From NCBI GenBank assembly GCA_045612945.1, contig JAZLAA010000143.1, forward strand, positions 1-45,357: a stretch of 45,357 bases of DNA. Reading direction: 5' to 3'. The translations under genes were made by a program, and so were the position numbers. This document shows, piece by piece, positions 24,762-34,011 of this stretch (the first letter of the stretch is position 1; every line of letters starts with the position of its first letter). This stretch comes from Elusimicrobiaceae bacterium (GTDB taxonomy: Bacteria > Elusimicrobiota > Elusimicrobia > Elusimicrobiales > Elusimicrobiaceae). The notes under the pieces are model-generated. The model worked only from the letters and a program-made list of their open reading frames with translations. It was not told the DNA's origin and made no database searches.

Positions 24762-24903
24762 CAAAAACCCCTTACTTTTTCCCCCTCTTTTAAAAGAGGG
24801 GGTTCTTATAGGGGCATTTTTAAAAAATCATTATTTTTTAAGCAAAATTTAAAGGCCCCGCCATTTGACAGGCCCCAAGACTTGTAGGGGCATAATCTAA
24901 CTT

Positions 24904-25809
24904 TTAAAGCATTTTGTGTTTCAAGCGGCTGGCCAAATTATCCAACTCATCCAACGAATGATAGTGAATAACTAGCTGGCCTTTTTTCATACTTTTGCCG
25001 TATTTTACTTCCACTTTGGTACCCAAAGCAGCCTGTAAATCGTTTTCAAAAGCAGTTACTTCTACCGGTTTAGTTGTTTTGACCGATTTTTTGATTGGGA
25101 ACATAGCCATTCGGGCGGCATCTTCCGCTTGGCGTACAGAAAGTTGGTGCGAACTGATTTTTTTGAATAAATCTGCTCTTTTTTGCTCGTCGGTTACCAT
25201 GAGTAACGCACGACCATGCCCCTCGCTAAGCGTTCCTTCCTGCAACGCTTGCTGAATTTCTTGCGGCAATTCTAACAAGCGCAAGGTATTGGAAATGGCC
25301 GCCTTAGACTTACCACAATAAGAGGCCAACTCTGTTTGCTTAATAAAAAACTTATTCATCAGATTGCGGTATCCCAGGGCAGTTTCAATCGGGTTTAAAT
25401 CCTCGCGCTGGATGTTTTCAATCAGTGCCAGGGCGCAAAGCTCTTGGTCGGTTAAGTGTTTGTGAACAATCGCATCAATTTCGCCCAGTCCAGCCAGTTG
25501 TGTAGCACGGAAACGCCGTTCCCCCACCACAATTTCGTATTTATCCAGCCCCGCATCATATACTACTACAATGGGCTGCGTAAGGCCGTGTTCCTTAATA
25601 GAAGCGGCTAATTCCTGCAGTTTTTCCTCATTAAATACGCGCCGCGGTTGGTAGCGGTTAGGTACAATTTTACTGACCTCTATTTTTTGCACGCTTACCG
25701 ACGTATTATTTTGTAACGCCTGAGCAGCTTCTTGCGTAGGTAATTCAGAAATTTCTTGGGTTTGTTTAATTAAGGCATCCAGTCCTTTCCCTAATGCTTG
25801 TCTGGCCAT
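24904..25809 (-). CDS. parB: Chromosome partitioning protein ParB (start revised to MARQALGKGL)
   Basis: LGKGLDAL, PNRYQPR, GERRFRA (CTPase motif), ENIQREDLNPIE, HTH. Confidence 0.97.
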   Translation of the reverse strand: MARQALGKGLDALIKQTQEISELPTQEAAQALQNNTSVSVQKIEVSKIVPNRYQPRRVFNEEKLQELAASIKEHGLTQPIVVVYDAGLDKYEIVVGERRFRATQLAGLGEIDAIVHKHLTDQELCALALIENIQREDLNPIETALGYRNLMNKFFIKQTELASYCGKSKAAISNTLRLLELPQEIQQALQEGTLSEGHGRALLMVTDEQKRADLFKKISSHQLSVRQAEDAARMAMFPIKKSVKTTKPVEVTAFENDLQAALGTKVEVKYGKSMKKGQLVIHYHSLDELDNLASRLKHKML

Positions 25810-25810
25810 A

Positions 25811-26644
25811 TTATCCTCCAAAATCGTAATTAAGCGGGGTATCGCCCGCCAGTTTAATGGCTTGGTAATCTTCTACCTTGGCCCCGCGGCGAGTTAAAAA
25901 CTCTACCGCCAATTTAATATAGGCTTCTGCCCCTCGGCAGGCCGGCTCGTAGTCAAAAATAGACTGCCCAAAACTGGGAGCTTCCGCCAAGCGGATGTTG
26001 CGGGGAATCGGTGTTTTATAAATTTTACTACCAAAAAAACGGCTTACTTCTTCGCGCACTTGTTTGGCTAAATTTAAATGGGCATCATACATTGTAAGTA
26101 CGCCGCCGTCCATTTGTAATTTAGGATGCAGAAATTGTTTAATTTTGTTAACCGTACCCATAAAATGGGCTAAACCTTCCATAGCATAGTATTCACATTG
26201 TACGGGAGTAATAACGCTATCGGCTGCCATCATAGCATTTAAGGTTAGCAACCCTAAAGATGGAGGACAATCTATAATGATGTACTTATACATAGCACGC
26301 AGGGGAGCCAAGGCATCTTTAAGACGGTTTTCACGTCCACGCACATTTACCAATTCAACCTCCGCTCCAGCCAAATCTTTACAAGCCGGAAGCACATCCA
26401 AAAACTCGTTAGCAGTTTGGCGTACCACTTGCTCAAAGGGAGCGGTTTGTGTAATTAAGTGATAGACGGATTTTTCGCCGTCTTGCACGGTCACACCCAG
26501 GCCGGAACCGGCGTTTCCCTGTGGGTCAAAATCTACTAATAAAACCTCTTGGTTTAAATAGGCCAACGCATAGGCCAAGTTAATGGAAGTAGTGGTTTTC
26601 CCCACCCCCCCTTTTTGATTTGCTACTACTACAATTTCTGCCAT
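25811..26644 (-). CDS. parA: Chromosome partitioning ATPase ParA/Soj
   Basis: NQKGGVGKTT, DPQGNA, IDCPPSLG, IPRNIRLAEAPSFG. Confidence 0.98.
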   Translation of the reverse strand: MAEIVVVANQKGGVGKTTTSINLAYALAYLNQEVLLVDFDPQGNAGSGLGVTVQDGEKSVYHLITQTAPFEQVVRQTANEFLDVLPACKDLAGAEVELVNVRGRENRLKDALAPLRAMYKYIIIDCPPSLGLLTLNAMMAADSVITPVQCEYYAMEGLAHFMGTVNKIKQFLHPKLQMDGGVLTMYDAHLNLAKQVREEVSRFFGSKIYKTPIPRNIRLAEAPSFGQSIFDYEPACRGAEAYIKLAVEFLTRRGAKVEDYQAIKLAGDTPLNYDFGG

Positions 26645-26692
26645 AAAATCCTCCTAGCTATATTAAACCATAATTGCATAAAAAGAGCAAGC

Positions 26693-26708
26693 GTTTTCAC
26701 GTGAAAAC
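26693..26708. promoter_or_regulatory. parS-like palindrome 1
   Basis: GTTTTCACGTGAAAAC directly upstream of parA. Confidence 0.8.
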
Positions 26709-26726
26709 ACTTGCCCGGGTATAAAA

Positions 26727-26742
26727 ATTTTCACGTGAAAAC
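26727..26742. promoter_or_regulatory. parS-like palindrome 2
   Basis: ATTTTCACGTGAAAAC. Confidence 0.8.
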
Positions 26743-26751
26743 TTTTACATA

Positions 26752-27720
26752 TTATTCTATAAACCCAATCTTTTTAAGCGGCCAATGGATGAACCAAGCT
26801 TTGCCTTTGATATTCTCGCGCGGTACAGGGCCCCAAAAACGGGAATCGCAAGAGTTGTCCCGATTATCACCCATGACAAAATAGTTATCTGCCGGCACGG
26901 TTACCGGGCCAAAACTGTCCCGTAGTTCAACACCCAAATAGTTATCTAATAAGTGTTCTTGCCATAATTCTTGATAGAGTTTCGGGTCATCATTTAACAT
27001 CTCCACACGCGGGATATCTGTATATACAGCGTAAGGTTGCGGGGGGAGCTCTTTACCGTTTACCCAAGGACGGCCTTGTTTCACTTCTACTACATCCCCC
27101 GGACCGGCGATTACGCGTTTAACAAAATCGCGTCCGTACTGGCTTTGCCCGCCACAATTTATCTGCTGGCGGTTTTTTGCCGGGAAGCGGAAAATGACAA
27201 TATCCCCAGGTTCAATTTCCTTAAATTGCCCAAAGCGTATCTTTGTAAACGGAACCCGAAATCCATAGATAGCCTTATTCACAAACAAATGATCGCCTTC
27301 TACCAAAGTATAGCGCATAGAGGCCGATGGAATTTTAAAGGCTTGAATAAAAAAGAACATTACAAACGAAGCCACAAATCCGGCGAAATAAATAGTGTTA
27401 CACCAATCTAAATCTTTTTTTATAATTGATTTTTGCTGTTTTTTGTCGGCTTTTTGTGCCTTAAAATAACCATAAATACTGGCTGCAATAATTAGCATTT
27501 CCCCTATCACAAACCGACCCACTGGGTAGGGTTCCCCCTCCCCCCCATTCATAACAAACAAAAACACATACAACGCACAAGTTAAAATAGAAAACAAAAA
27601 AGCGCCATGCCATTTCCCAAAAACTGAAGGCAAGGCAAGTTTATTATGTCTTTGCAGAACTTGGGTGATTTTATAAAAGGCATACATAATACAGGCGGCT
27701 AAAAATAATCGTAATTCCAT
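26752..27720 (-). CDS. lepB: Signal peptidase I with extended multi-TM N-terminus
   Basis: FKIPSASM (Ser), DFVKRVI (Lys), FVMGDNRDNSCDSRFWG. Confidence 0.95.
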   Translation of the reverse strand: MELRLFLAACIMYAFYKITQVLQRHNKLALPSVFGKWHGAFLFSILTCALYVFLFVMNGGEGEPYPVGRFVIGEMLIIAASIYGYFKAQKADKKQQKSIIKKDLDWCNTIYFAGFVASFVMFFFIQAFKIPSASMRYTLVEGDHLFVNKAIYGFRVPFTKIRFGQFKEIEPGDIVIFRFPAKNRQQINCGGQSQYGRDFVKRVIAGPGDVVEVKQGRPWVNGKELPPQPYAVYTDIPRVEMLNDDPKLYQELWQEHLLDNYLGVELRDSFGPVTVPADNYFVMGDNRDNSCDSRFWGPVPRENIKGKAWFIHWPLKKIGFIE

Positions 27721-27734
27721 AAGGCTCCTTAAAA

Positions 27735-27750
27735 ATTTTCACGTGAAAAC
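27735..27750. promoter_or_regulatory. parS-like palindrome 3
   Basis: ATTTTCACGTGAAAAC; 26-bp context 27730-27755 is identical to 26722-26747. Confidence 0.8.
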
Positions 27751-27752
27751 TT

Positions 27753-28841
27753 TTATTTTTTTAATAATTGTTCATAAAATTGTTGATACTGTTGAGAGAA
27801 GTCTTTGCTGTAAGCGGCTTGGTGTAAGGTTTGGCGTGCCATCCGGGCGCGTAATGTTTCATTTTCGCACAGTTCCGCCAGAATACAGCTAAGCACCGTT
27901 TCATCCTGGCCGTTACACACAAACCCTGTTTCTCCGTGCTTTACTTTTTGTGGCATATCCCCAACCCGGCTTACTATACACGGAAGCCCCACTTGTTGTG
28001 CTTCTAAGAGTGCCAAGGGCAAGCTTTCTTCTTTAGATACCAATACAAATACATCTGCCATATTTAGCCAAGCGTTGATATTTTTCTGTTCCCCAGCTAA
28101 TAAAATTTGTTTTTCCAAAGCGTGGGTTTGAATAAAGGTTTCCAGTTTTGTTTTTTCCGTTCCGGCTCCCACTAAAACTAGCCGGGCCTGCGGATACTGA
28201 GGGGAAATTTTAGCAAAAGCTTTTAATAACGTAATATGGTTTTTAACTGGGGCTAACCGCGCCACACAAATAAATACTATTTCTGCCTCCATAAAGCCTT
28301 GAGAAGCCCGCATTTGGTTTCTTAAAGAATTATCCTTAAAAAATAAAGATTTTTTAGCAGAATTCGCTATAAGCGCTGTTTTGAGGGGGGGGTAATGTTG
28401 CACCTGGAGCAAATAGTTATACGTGGATGCCGATTCAGCCACGCAATACGTATCTATATTTTTTAAAACGCGGTCTGCCCAGCGCAAATAAAAAGGTTTT
28501 TTGGATAAATCAAAGTGGGGGGTAGTTACTAATTTAACTTTGCGTCCCGCACAGGCCAGCCGCGCAAATAAAATCGCACGAAACAGCATAGCGTGCACAA
28601 TATCGGGCCGAAAGGCCTCTATCTCCTGCACTAAACGCGCCACCATCCCCAACCCGGCACCTTTCATATCAAAAGAAATTATCTCTGCCCCTGCATCTTT
28701 TAGCGGCTTTGCCAACGGGCCCAGCGGTTTTAAACAAACCACCCGCACGGTGTTGCCCTGCCCGATGAGGTTTACCAACGAAACCAACGCCTGTTCCGCC
28801 CCGCCGGTATGGGTAGAAGTAATCACATATAAAATCTTCAT
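27753..28841 (-). CDS. Glycosyltransferase family 4 (GT-B)
   Basis: GGAEQ, RPDIVHA, VARLAPVKN, ESLPLALLEA (E-x7-E). Confidence 0.92.
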   Translation of the reverse strand: MKILYVITSTHTGGAEQALVSLVNLIGQGNTVRVVCLKPLGPLAKPLKDAGAEIISFDMKGAGLGMVARLVQEIEAFRPDIVHAMLFRAILFARLACAGRKVKLVTTPHFDLSKKPFYLRWADRVLKNIDTYCVAESASTYNYLLQVQHYPPLKTALIANSAKKSLFFKDNSLRNQMRASQGFMEAEIVFICVARLAPVKNHITLLKAFAKISPQYPQARLVLVGAGTEKTKLETFIQTHALEKQILLAGEQKNINAWLNMADVFVLVSKEESLPLALLEAQQVGLPCIVSRVGDMPQKVKHGETGFVCNGQDETVLSCILAELCENETLRARMARQTLHQAAYSKDFSQQYQQFYEQLLKK

Positions 28842-28904
28842 ACCGCTATTATAGCAAGTTTTACATCTTGACGGAAAACACCTAAAATGATAATCTAAAA
28901 AGGT

Positions 28905-29219
28905 ATGAAAAAATTACTTATTTTAATTATATGCGGAATGCTTTTAGCGGGATGTGGTTTATACGGTACAACCAAATATAGCGTAAATTTAAACGCCGAG
29001 GAATCAGATTTAACGCACGCAACACAACTTAAAAAAGCATCTGCTTGTTCGTTTTTATTGCTGGGCTTTCTTCCGTGGCCTTGGCATAAAAACAAAACGC
29101 CCGATACCTTATTTGAAGCTATGCAACAAGAAGGTTTTAGCCGGGTAGTATGGTTAGACAGTACGTACGATTATAAATTTACATACGCCAACAAATGCCA
29201 AAACGCATATGGGTATTAA
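28905..29219 (+). CDS. Hypothetical small lipoprotein
   Basis: MKK + hydrophobic core + LAGC lipobox; two further Cys. Confidence 0.75.
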   Translation: MKKLLILIICGMLLAGCGLYGTTKYSVNLNAEESDLTHATQLKKASACSFLLLGFLPWPWHKNKTPDTLFEAMQQEGFSRVVWLDSTYDYKFTYANKCQNAYGY

Positions 29220-29257
29220 AATACACACGGGCACCATAAATGTGCCCGTGTGTATTT
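29219..29257. terminator. Bidirectional terminator between lipoprotein and pilin 2
   Basis: 16-bp perfect stem AAATACACACGGGCAC/GTGCCCGTGTGTATTT. Confidence 0.8.
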
Positions 29258-29262
29258 AACAA

Positions 29263-29733
29263 TTATTCAACCCCTAACTCGGCACAGATATTAGTAAGGT
29301 CTCCCCCGCTGGGAGCATTACACAATTTACCGTCATTTGATAAATATAACCCAAAAAATCCTTGCTCCGTATCACAACCGAAGCTAATCATAGGATTTGT
29401 AGCACTACCTATAGTCTCATAGTTACAATATGTACAAGCCGTTAACGGACACTTTGACAGCCAACAAAGCTTATCAGACACCGACGAACACTCAATGCTA
29501 ACATCTAAGTTTTGGGGATTCCAACTGCTTATCCCTCCCGTCTTGGTTTCCGGTGTGAGCATGGCTACCGCTGCGGCTTTATGTAAACTGCCCAGCGTAC
29601 TCCATACTTCGCTCATACGGCTTTTGCGTACTGCTTTTTGGTATTGCGGTACGGCCACGGCTGCCAATATGCCGACGATTAACACCACTACTAACAACTC
29701 TATGAGCGTAAACGCCCGATTGTTCTTTGTCAT
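29263..29733 (-). CDS. Type IV pilin-like protein (PilE-like) 2
   Basis: RA|[24 protein letters not shown]; 8-Cys variable head. Confidence 0.93.
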   Translation of the reverse strand: MTKNNRAFTLIELLVVVLIVGILAAVAVPQYQKAVRKSRMSEVWSTLGSLHKAAAVAMLTPETKTGGISSWNPQNLDVSIECSSVSDKLCWLSKCPLTACTYCNYETIGSATNPMISFGCDTEQGFFGLYLSNDGKLCNAPSGGDLTNICAELGVE

Positions 29734-29776
29734 ACGATTTCTCCTTTAGGTTAATTTCAACTTACCTGTTAGAGAA
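29672..29776 (-). repeat. 105-bp perfect repeat, inverted partner at 24242-24346
   Basis: Reverse complement is identical to 24242-24346. Confidence 0.95.
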
Positions 29777-29991
29777 CCCATAGAAAACCGGCCGATACTG
29801 CCGAGAGAAATGAAGTGCCCCGACAACAACAGCCGTGGTTCGTCCCGCTACAACGGGACAAACACTCGGCACAAAGCTAACGGGTAATTAGTCCGTTTAC
29901 TTTGTGCCTAAATCGGCTGTTTTTGGTCTTCATTTCTGTTTCGGTTTCCCAAAACGCACCGTTATACGGTTCCAAAAACAGGTTAAATTGT
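29734..29991 (-). ncRNA. Candidate structured leader RNA, copy 2
   Basis: Same conserved blocks and helices as copies 1 and 3, read on the minus strand. Confidence 0.75.
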
Positions 29992-29997
29992 ATCTAT

Positions 29998-30026
29998 AGT
30001 ATAATAAAAAAGCGTGCATTTTACAA
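29998..30026 (-). promoter_or_regulatory. Sigma70-type promoter of pilin cassette 2
   Basis: TTGTAA-17 nt-TATACT on the minus strand. Confidence 0.7.
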
Positions 30027-30033
30027 TGCACGC
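30006..30033 (-). terminator. Intrinsic terminator of the pheST operon
   Basis: GCGTGCATT/AATGCACGC stem followed by a U-run on the minus strand; overlaps the cassette-2 -35 box. Confidence 0.8.
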
Positions 30034-30054
30034 AGACTAAAGAATCAAGTACAA

Positions 30055-30315
30055 CTACACAATTTTTTCTTGCTCTTTTTGGGCCTTTTCCAGCTCTTTA
30101 TCCACCCGGGCGGCCAGCCGGCGTAGCACTGTTTGCGTGTTTTTTTTCCATTCTTTCAGTTCACGCAGTTGTATTTGCAATTCTTTAAGAGCCAGGCTAT
30201 CTTCTTCTAAATTGCGAAGGCGGTTTTTAAGCGCGGCGTTCTCGCCGGCCAGTTCTTTTTGGCGGGCCAGCGTTTTAGCAATTAGAAGTTCCAACTGTTT
30301 TAGTTTTTCTTGCAT
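30055..30315 (-). CDS. Short coiled-coil protein (ZapB-like)
   Basis: 86-aa heptad-rich helix coupled to the pheT stop; ZapB/ZapA-like genes commonly follow pheT. Confidence 0.7.
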   Translation of the reverse strand: MQEKLKQLELLIAKTLARQKELAGENAALKNRLRNLEEDSLALKELQIQLRELKEWKKNTQTVLRRLAARVDKELEKAQKEQEKIV

Positions 30316-32696
30316 TAGCGTAATTGTGCTCCTACGTGTGTAGCTAATTGCTCTACAATGCGTTTAAACGCGTTGTCAATTTCGGTATCTTTAAGCGTGC
30401 CGTCTTTTTTAGAGAAAGCCAAACTAAACGTAACGCTCTTTTTACCTTCGGGCAAGTGCTCTCCTTGATAAACATCAATTAAGTGGTACCCCAGCTCTAC
30501 GTCCAGCGGTGTTTTATCCAAAGCGCTGGTAATTTGTGCGTATGTCACGTCCGCATTTAACACCACCGATAAATCCCGCAAAGACGGCGGGAAAACAGCT
30601 ACCGCTTCGGCCGGTTTAAAGTCTTGTGCGGAGTAATTTTTTTCCAATTGTTTGGTGGCAAATTCAAAACACCACACTTCGCTGATTTTTACGTCAAACG
30701 CTTTTAATGTAAGCGGGTGCAGTTTACCAAATACGCCAATCACCTTACCACCTTGCAAAATATCCATACTGATTTTGGGGTGCATATATGCCGGGGCTTT
30801 TTTAGACGGCACAAAAGTAACGTCTGCATTGCTCAAAAGCATCTGCATGAGTCCCTTTAGCCAGTAAAAATCTACCGGGCGGGAAGCAGAGGCAAAGAAT
30901 TTTTCTTCTTCTACATTGCCACACAATATCCCGGCTACGGTGTAATTTTCTACCGGAAACCCTTTCATATTTTGGAAAGTTTTGCTGGTTTCAAATAATT
31001 TTAAATCCACGTTTCCAAAACGCAAGTTGCTCTCTATATTTTTAAGCAAAGAGGGGAGTAGCGTAGGGCGCAGATAATCCCACCCTTGAGCAAGTGCATT
31101 TTTGACCCGGATGCAAAATTTAGGGTCTGCCGCAAAGAGTTTGAGTTCTTTTTCGCCCACGAAATCAATGTTTTTACATTCGCAAAACCCAGCCCCAATC
31201 AAAGCCCCCGCATAGCGTTTACCCAAATCAATACCTTTGGGATTATCGGCAAATACCACGTGCGCGCGCGTGGCCGACACGGGGATTTGGTCGTAACCGG
31301 CAAAGCGGGCGGCTTCTTCGGCTAAGTCCCACTTGTGGTTCAGATCCCGGCGGTGGGTGGGGGCCTTAAACGTCCACACCTCTGCGCTTGTGTCAAATGC
31401 AGCGGCTAAACGCGCAAAAATATCTTTGAGCTTTTCGTCCGGCAAGGACGTGCCCAAAATGGCGTTAATTTCCCCCGGCGTAAAACGCACGGTTTGATTT
31501 TCAAATTTTTCCGGATATACATCATTGATTTGGCTGGCCGTACCGCCGCAAATGCTAACAAACAAATCGCTCGCGCGGCGCATGGCCAAAAGAGCCCCTT
31601 CAATATCCGTTCCGCGTTCAAAACGTTGAGACGAATCGGAAGAAATTGCAAATTTCTTAACCGTTTTGTTAATGGTGGGGGGGTTAAAATAAGCGGCTTC
31701 AATAAAAATATCTTGCGTGTCTTCTTGAATACCGCTGTTTAGTCCTCCCATAATACCGGCTAGGGCAGTGGCTTTTTCCCCGTCGGAAATCAGTAAGCAG
31801 TTTTCGGTAAGTTCCAGTTCGCGCCCGCCCAAAACGGTAAATTTTTCGCCCGGTTGTGCATTGCGCACAATCACTTTGCCACCTTCCACTTGGCGCAAAT
31901 CAAACGCGTGGAGCGGGTGGCCCAGTTCAAACATGGTGTAGTTGGTAATGTCCACCAGCGCGTTTTTGGGGTTTAAGCCCATAGCAACCAAGCGTTTTTG
32001 CATCCACTCGGGGGAGGGTACATTTTTAACCCCGCGGATAATACGCCCGATATAGCGGCCGCATTCCTCTGGATTTTGGATTTCAATAGACAACGCGTTA
32101 CCTTGGCAGGGAACTTCTTTTATTTCCGGCAGTTTTACGGGTTTATTTAAAAGTACGCCCAGTTCCCGTGCTACCCCTAAATGGGAAAGCAAATCCGGGC
32201 GGTTGGAGGTAATTTCCAACTCAAACAAACTATCTGGCTCGCCGTACAAAGTGGAAACATCTGTTCCCAGTGGCAAATTTTCATCCAGCACTAAAATTCC
32301 ATGTGCGCGGGTGTGTGTAAGCCCCAGTTCGTCGGAGGAGCAAATCATCCCTTCGGACTCTACCCCACGGATAATCGCCGGTTTTAGGACGATTTTGCCT
32401 AACCGTGCACCGACCAAGGCCAGCGGTACTTTTTGTCCTACCGCCACGTTGGGGGCTCCGCAAACAACCCGTTGGGAAACACCGTTGCCGCGATCCAAGG
32501 TAACTAAGTGTAAATGATCCGAATTGGGGTGGTTTTCAATTTTAGTAATTTGAGCCACATATACGCCTTCAAAGTCAGCCCCGGTGGTTTCCACACTGGC
32601 TACTTCGATGCCTAAGTTTGTCAGTTTTTTAACCAGTTCTTCGGGGGTTAAATCCAGTTCAATAAAATCTTTTAACCAAGAATATAGAATTTTCAT
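30315..32696 (-). CDS. pheT: Phenylalanine--tRNA ligase beta subunit
   Basis: VVCGAPN, RGVESEGMICS, TSNRPDLLS, RFERG, C-terminal FDX-ACB domain. Confidence 0.98.
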   Translation of the reverse strand: MKILYSWLKDFIELDLTPEELVKKLTNLGIEVASVETTGADFEGVYVAQITKIENHPNSDHLHLVTLDRGNGVSQRVVCGAPNVAVGQKVPLALVGARLGKIVLKPAIIRGVESEGMICSSDELGLTHTRAHGILVLDENLPLGTDVSTLYGEPDSLFELEITSNRPDLLSHLGVARELGVLLNKPVKLPEIKEVPCQGNALSIEIQNPEECGRYIGRIIRGVKNVPSPEWMQKRLVAMGLNPKNALVDITNYTMFELGHPLHAFDLRQVEGGKVIVRNAQPGEKFTVLGGRELELTENCLLISDGEKATALAGIMGGLNSGIQEDTQDIFIEAAYFNPPTINKTVKKFAISSDSSQRFERGTDIEGALLAMRRASDLFVSICGGTASQINDVYPEKFENQTVRFTPGEINAILGTSLPDEKLKDIFARLAAAFDTSAEVWTFKAPTHRRDLNHKWDLAEEAARFAGYDQIPVSATRAHVVFADNPKGIDLGKRYAGALIGAGFCECKNIDFVGEKELKLFAADPKFCIRVKNALAQGWDYLRPTLLPSLLKNIESNLRFGNVDLKLFETSKTFQNMKGFPVENYTVAGILCGNVEEEKFFASASRPVDFYWLKGLMQMLLSNADVTFVPSKKAPAYMHPKISMDILQGGKVIGVFGKLHPLTLKAFDVKISEVWCFEFATKQLEKNYSAQDFKPAEAVAVFPPSLRDLSVVLNADVTYAQITSALDKTPLDVELGYHLIDVYQGEHLPEGKKSVTFSLAFSKKDGTLKDTEIDNAFKRIVEQLATHVGAQLR

Positions 32697-32705
32697 ACGT
32701 TTCCT

Positions 32706-33746
32706 CTAAAATTGTTTAAGCAGGCGCACATCGTTCTCATAAAACGCGCGGATATCTTTAATGTTTAGCATCATCATGGCCAAGCGTTCCACCCCCATAC
32801 CGAATGCGTAACCGCTAAATTCATTGGGGTCAATTCCGCAATTTTTTAAGACGTTGGGGTGGACTACGCCCGCACCCAGCATTTCAATCCAACCGTTTTG
32901 TTTGCAAACATTGCACCCTTTGCCTTGGCAGAACACACATTTAACGTCCACCTCTACACTGGGCTCCGTAAACGGGAAGAACGACGGGCGGAAACGGATT
33001 TCTGCCTTGTCGCCAAACAAGCCCTTCATGAAGGCGGTAAGGTCGCTCTTTAGATCGGCCATGCTGACGTTTTTATCCACGTACAACCCTTCAATTTGGT
33101 GGAATACCGGGCTGTGCGTAGCGTCTAAACTATCGTTTCTAAATACGCGTCCCGGGGCCATAATACGAAGCGGCGGTTTGTGTTTTTCCATATACCGGCT
33201 TTGTACGTTAGATGTGTGCGAACGTAAAACCAGCGGGGCTTTAGTATCTACAAAAAAAGTATCTTGTGCGTCACGTGCCGGATGGTGTAACGGCACATTT
33301 AGCAAGTCAAAATTATGTTTTTCATCTTCCACCCACGGTCCCTCGGCCCACTCAAACCCCAAACGTGCCAAAATGGTGGTCATGCGGTCTTGCGCTACGG
33401 AAAGCGGATGCTTGTGTCCGCAAGCTACCGGGTAGCCGGGTAAAGTTAAATCCAAATTTACTTGGTTTAATTTGTTGTTAATTTCTTGGGTGGCAAAAAA
33501 TGCGGCTTTTTCATCCAAAACGGCGGTTAATTCGGACTTAAGGGCGTTACCTAAAGGGCCGGCTTGTTTTTTATCTTCTATAGAAAAATCTTTGAGACCT
33601 TTTAATAGTTCGGTCAGGGCCCCTTTGCGGCCCAGGGCGGCTACACGCAAATCTTCTACCTCTGTGGAGGAGGTTGCGGCAGAAATTTTGGTTTTGTATT
33701 CTTGTGAAATAGCTTCACAGGCAGATTTGAATTCTAAAATAGTCAT
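32706..33746 (-). CDS. pheS: Phenylalanine--tRNA ligase alpha subunit
   Basis: HPARDAQDTF, LRSHTS, FHQIEG, FRPSFFPFTEPS, AFGMGVERL. Confidence 0.99.
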   Translation of the reverse strand: MTILEFKSACEAISQEYKTKISAATSSTEVEDLRVAALGRKGALTELLKGLKDFSIEDKKQAGPLGNALKSELTAVLDEKAAFFATQEINNKLNQVNLDLTLPGYPVACGHKHPLSVAQDRMTTILARLGFEWAEGPWVEDEKHNFDLLNVPLHHPARDAQDTFFVDTKAPLVLRSHTSNVQSRYMEKHKPPLRIMAPGRVFRNDSLDATHSPVFHQIEGLYVDKNVSMADLKSDLTAFMKGLFGDKAEIRFRPSFFPFTEPSVEVDVKCVFCQGKGCNVCKQNGWIEMLGAGVVHPNVLKNCGIDPNEFSGYAFGMGVERLAMMMLNIKDIRAFYENDVRLLKQF

Positions 33747-34011
33747 ATTACTATTATAGTATTTTTAGAACGCGTACACATAAAAATTGTACATATTGGA
33801 TAAATAGGTGTAATTCAACAGCTTTTTACCTCGTAAGTTTTCTTTTGCGTTGTGGACAAAGTAAAAATCTAAACCAAATACGGTCTTTCCATTTCCTTGT
33901 CAAAGAGCTTCTGTATAGGATTGATAAAAAGGATAGGTTCCCCGTTGGTTCCACGGAGGTAGGTCTAAAGACCCTCGCTAAGAAACGCTAAAAACTTTAC
34001 AATATACATAT

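Noticed and set aside
24762-24903. C/G-run-rich intergenic region between pilin 1 and parB (CCCCTCTTTTAAAAGAGGGG, GGCCCC repeats)
   Set aside because: Adequately explained as convergent terminator hairpins; not shared with the other cassettes.
33760-34000. DnaA-box-like TGTGGACAA (33851) and GGTC-TAAA-GACC palindrome (33962-33973) in the pheS/protease intergenic region
   Set aside because: Single short occurrences in this window, not distinguishable from chance. No T-box features upstream of pheS.
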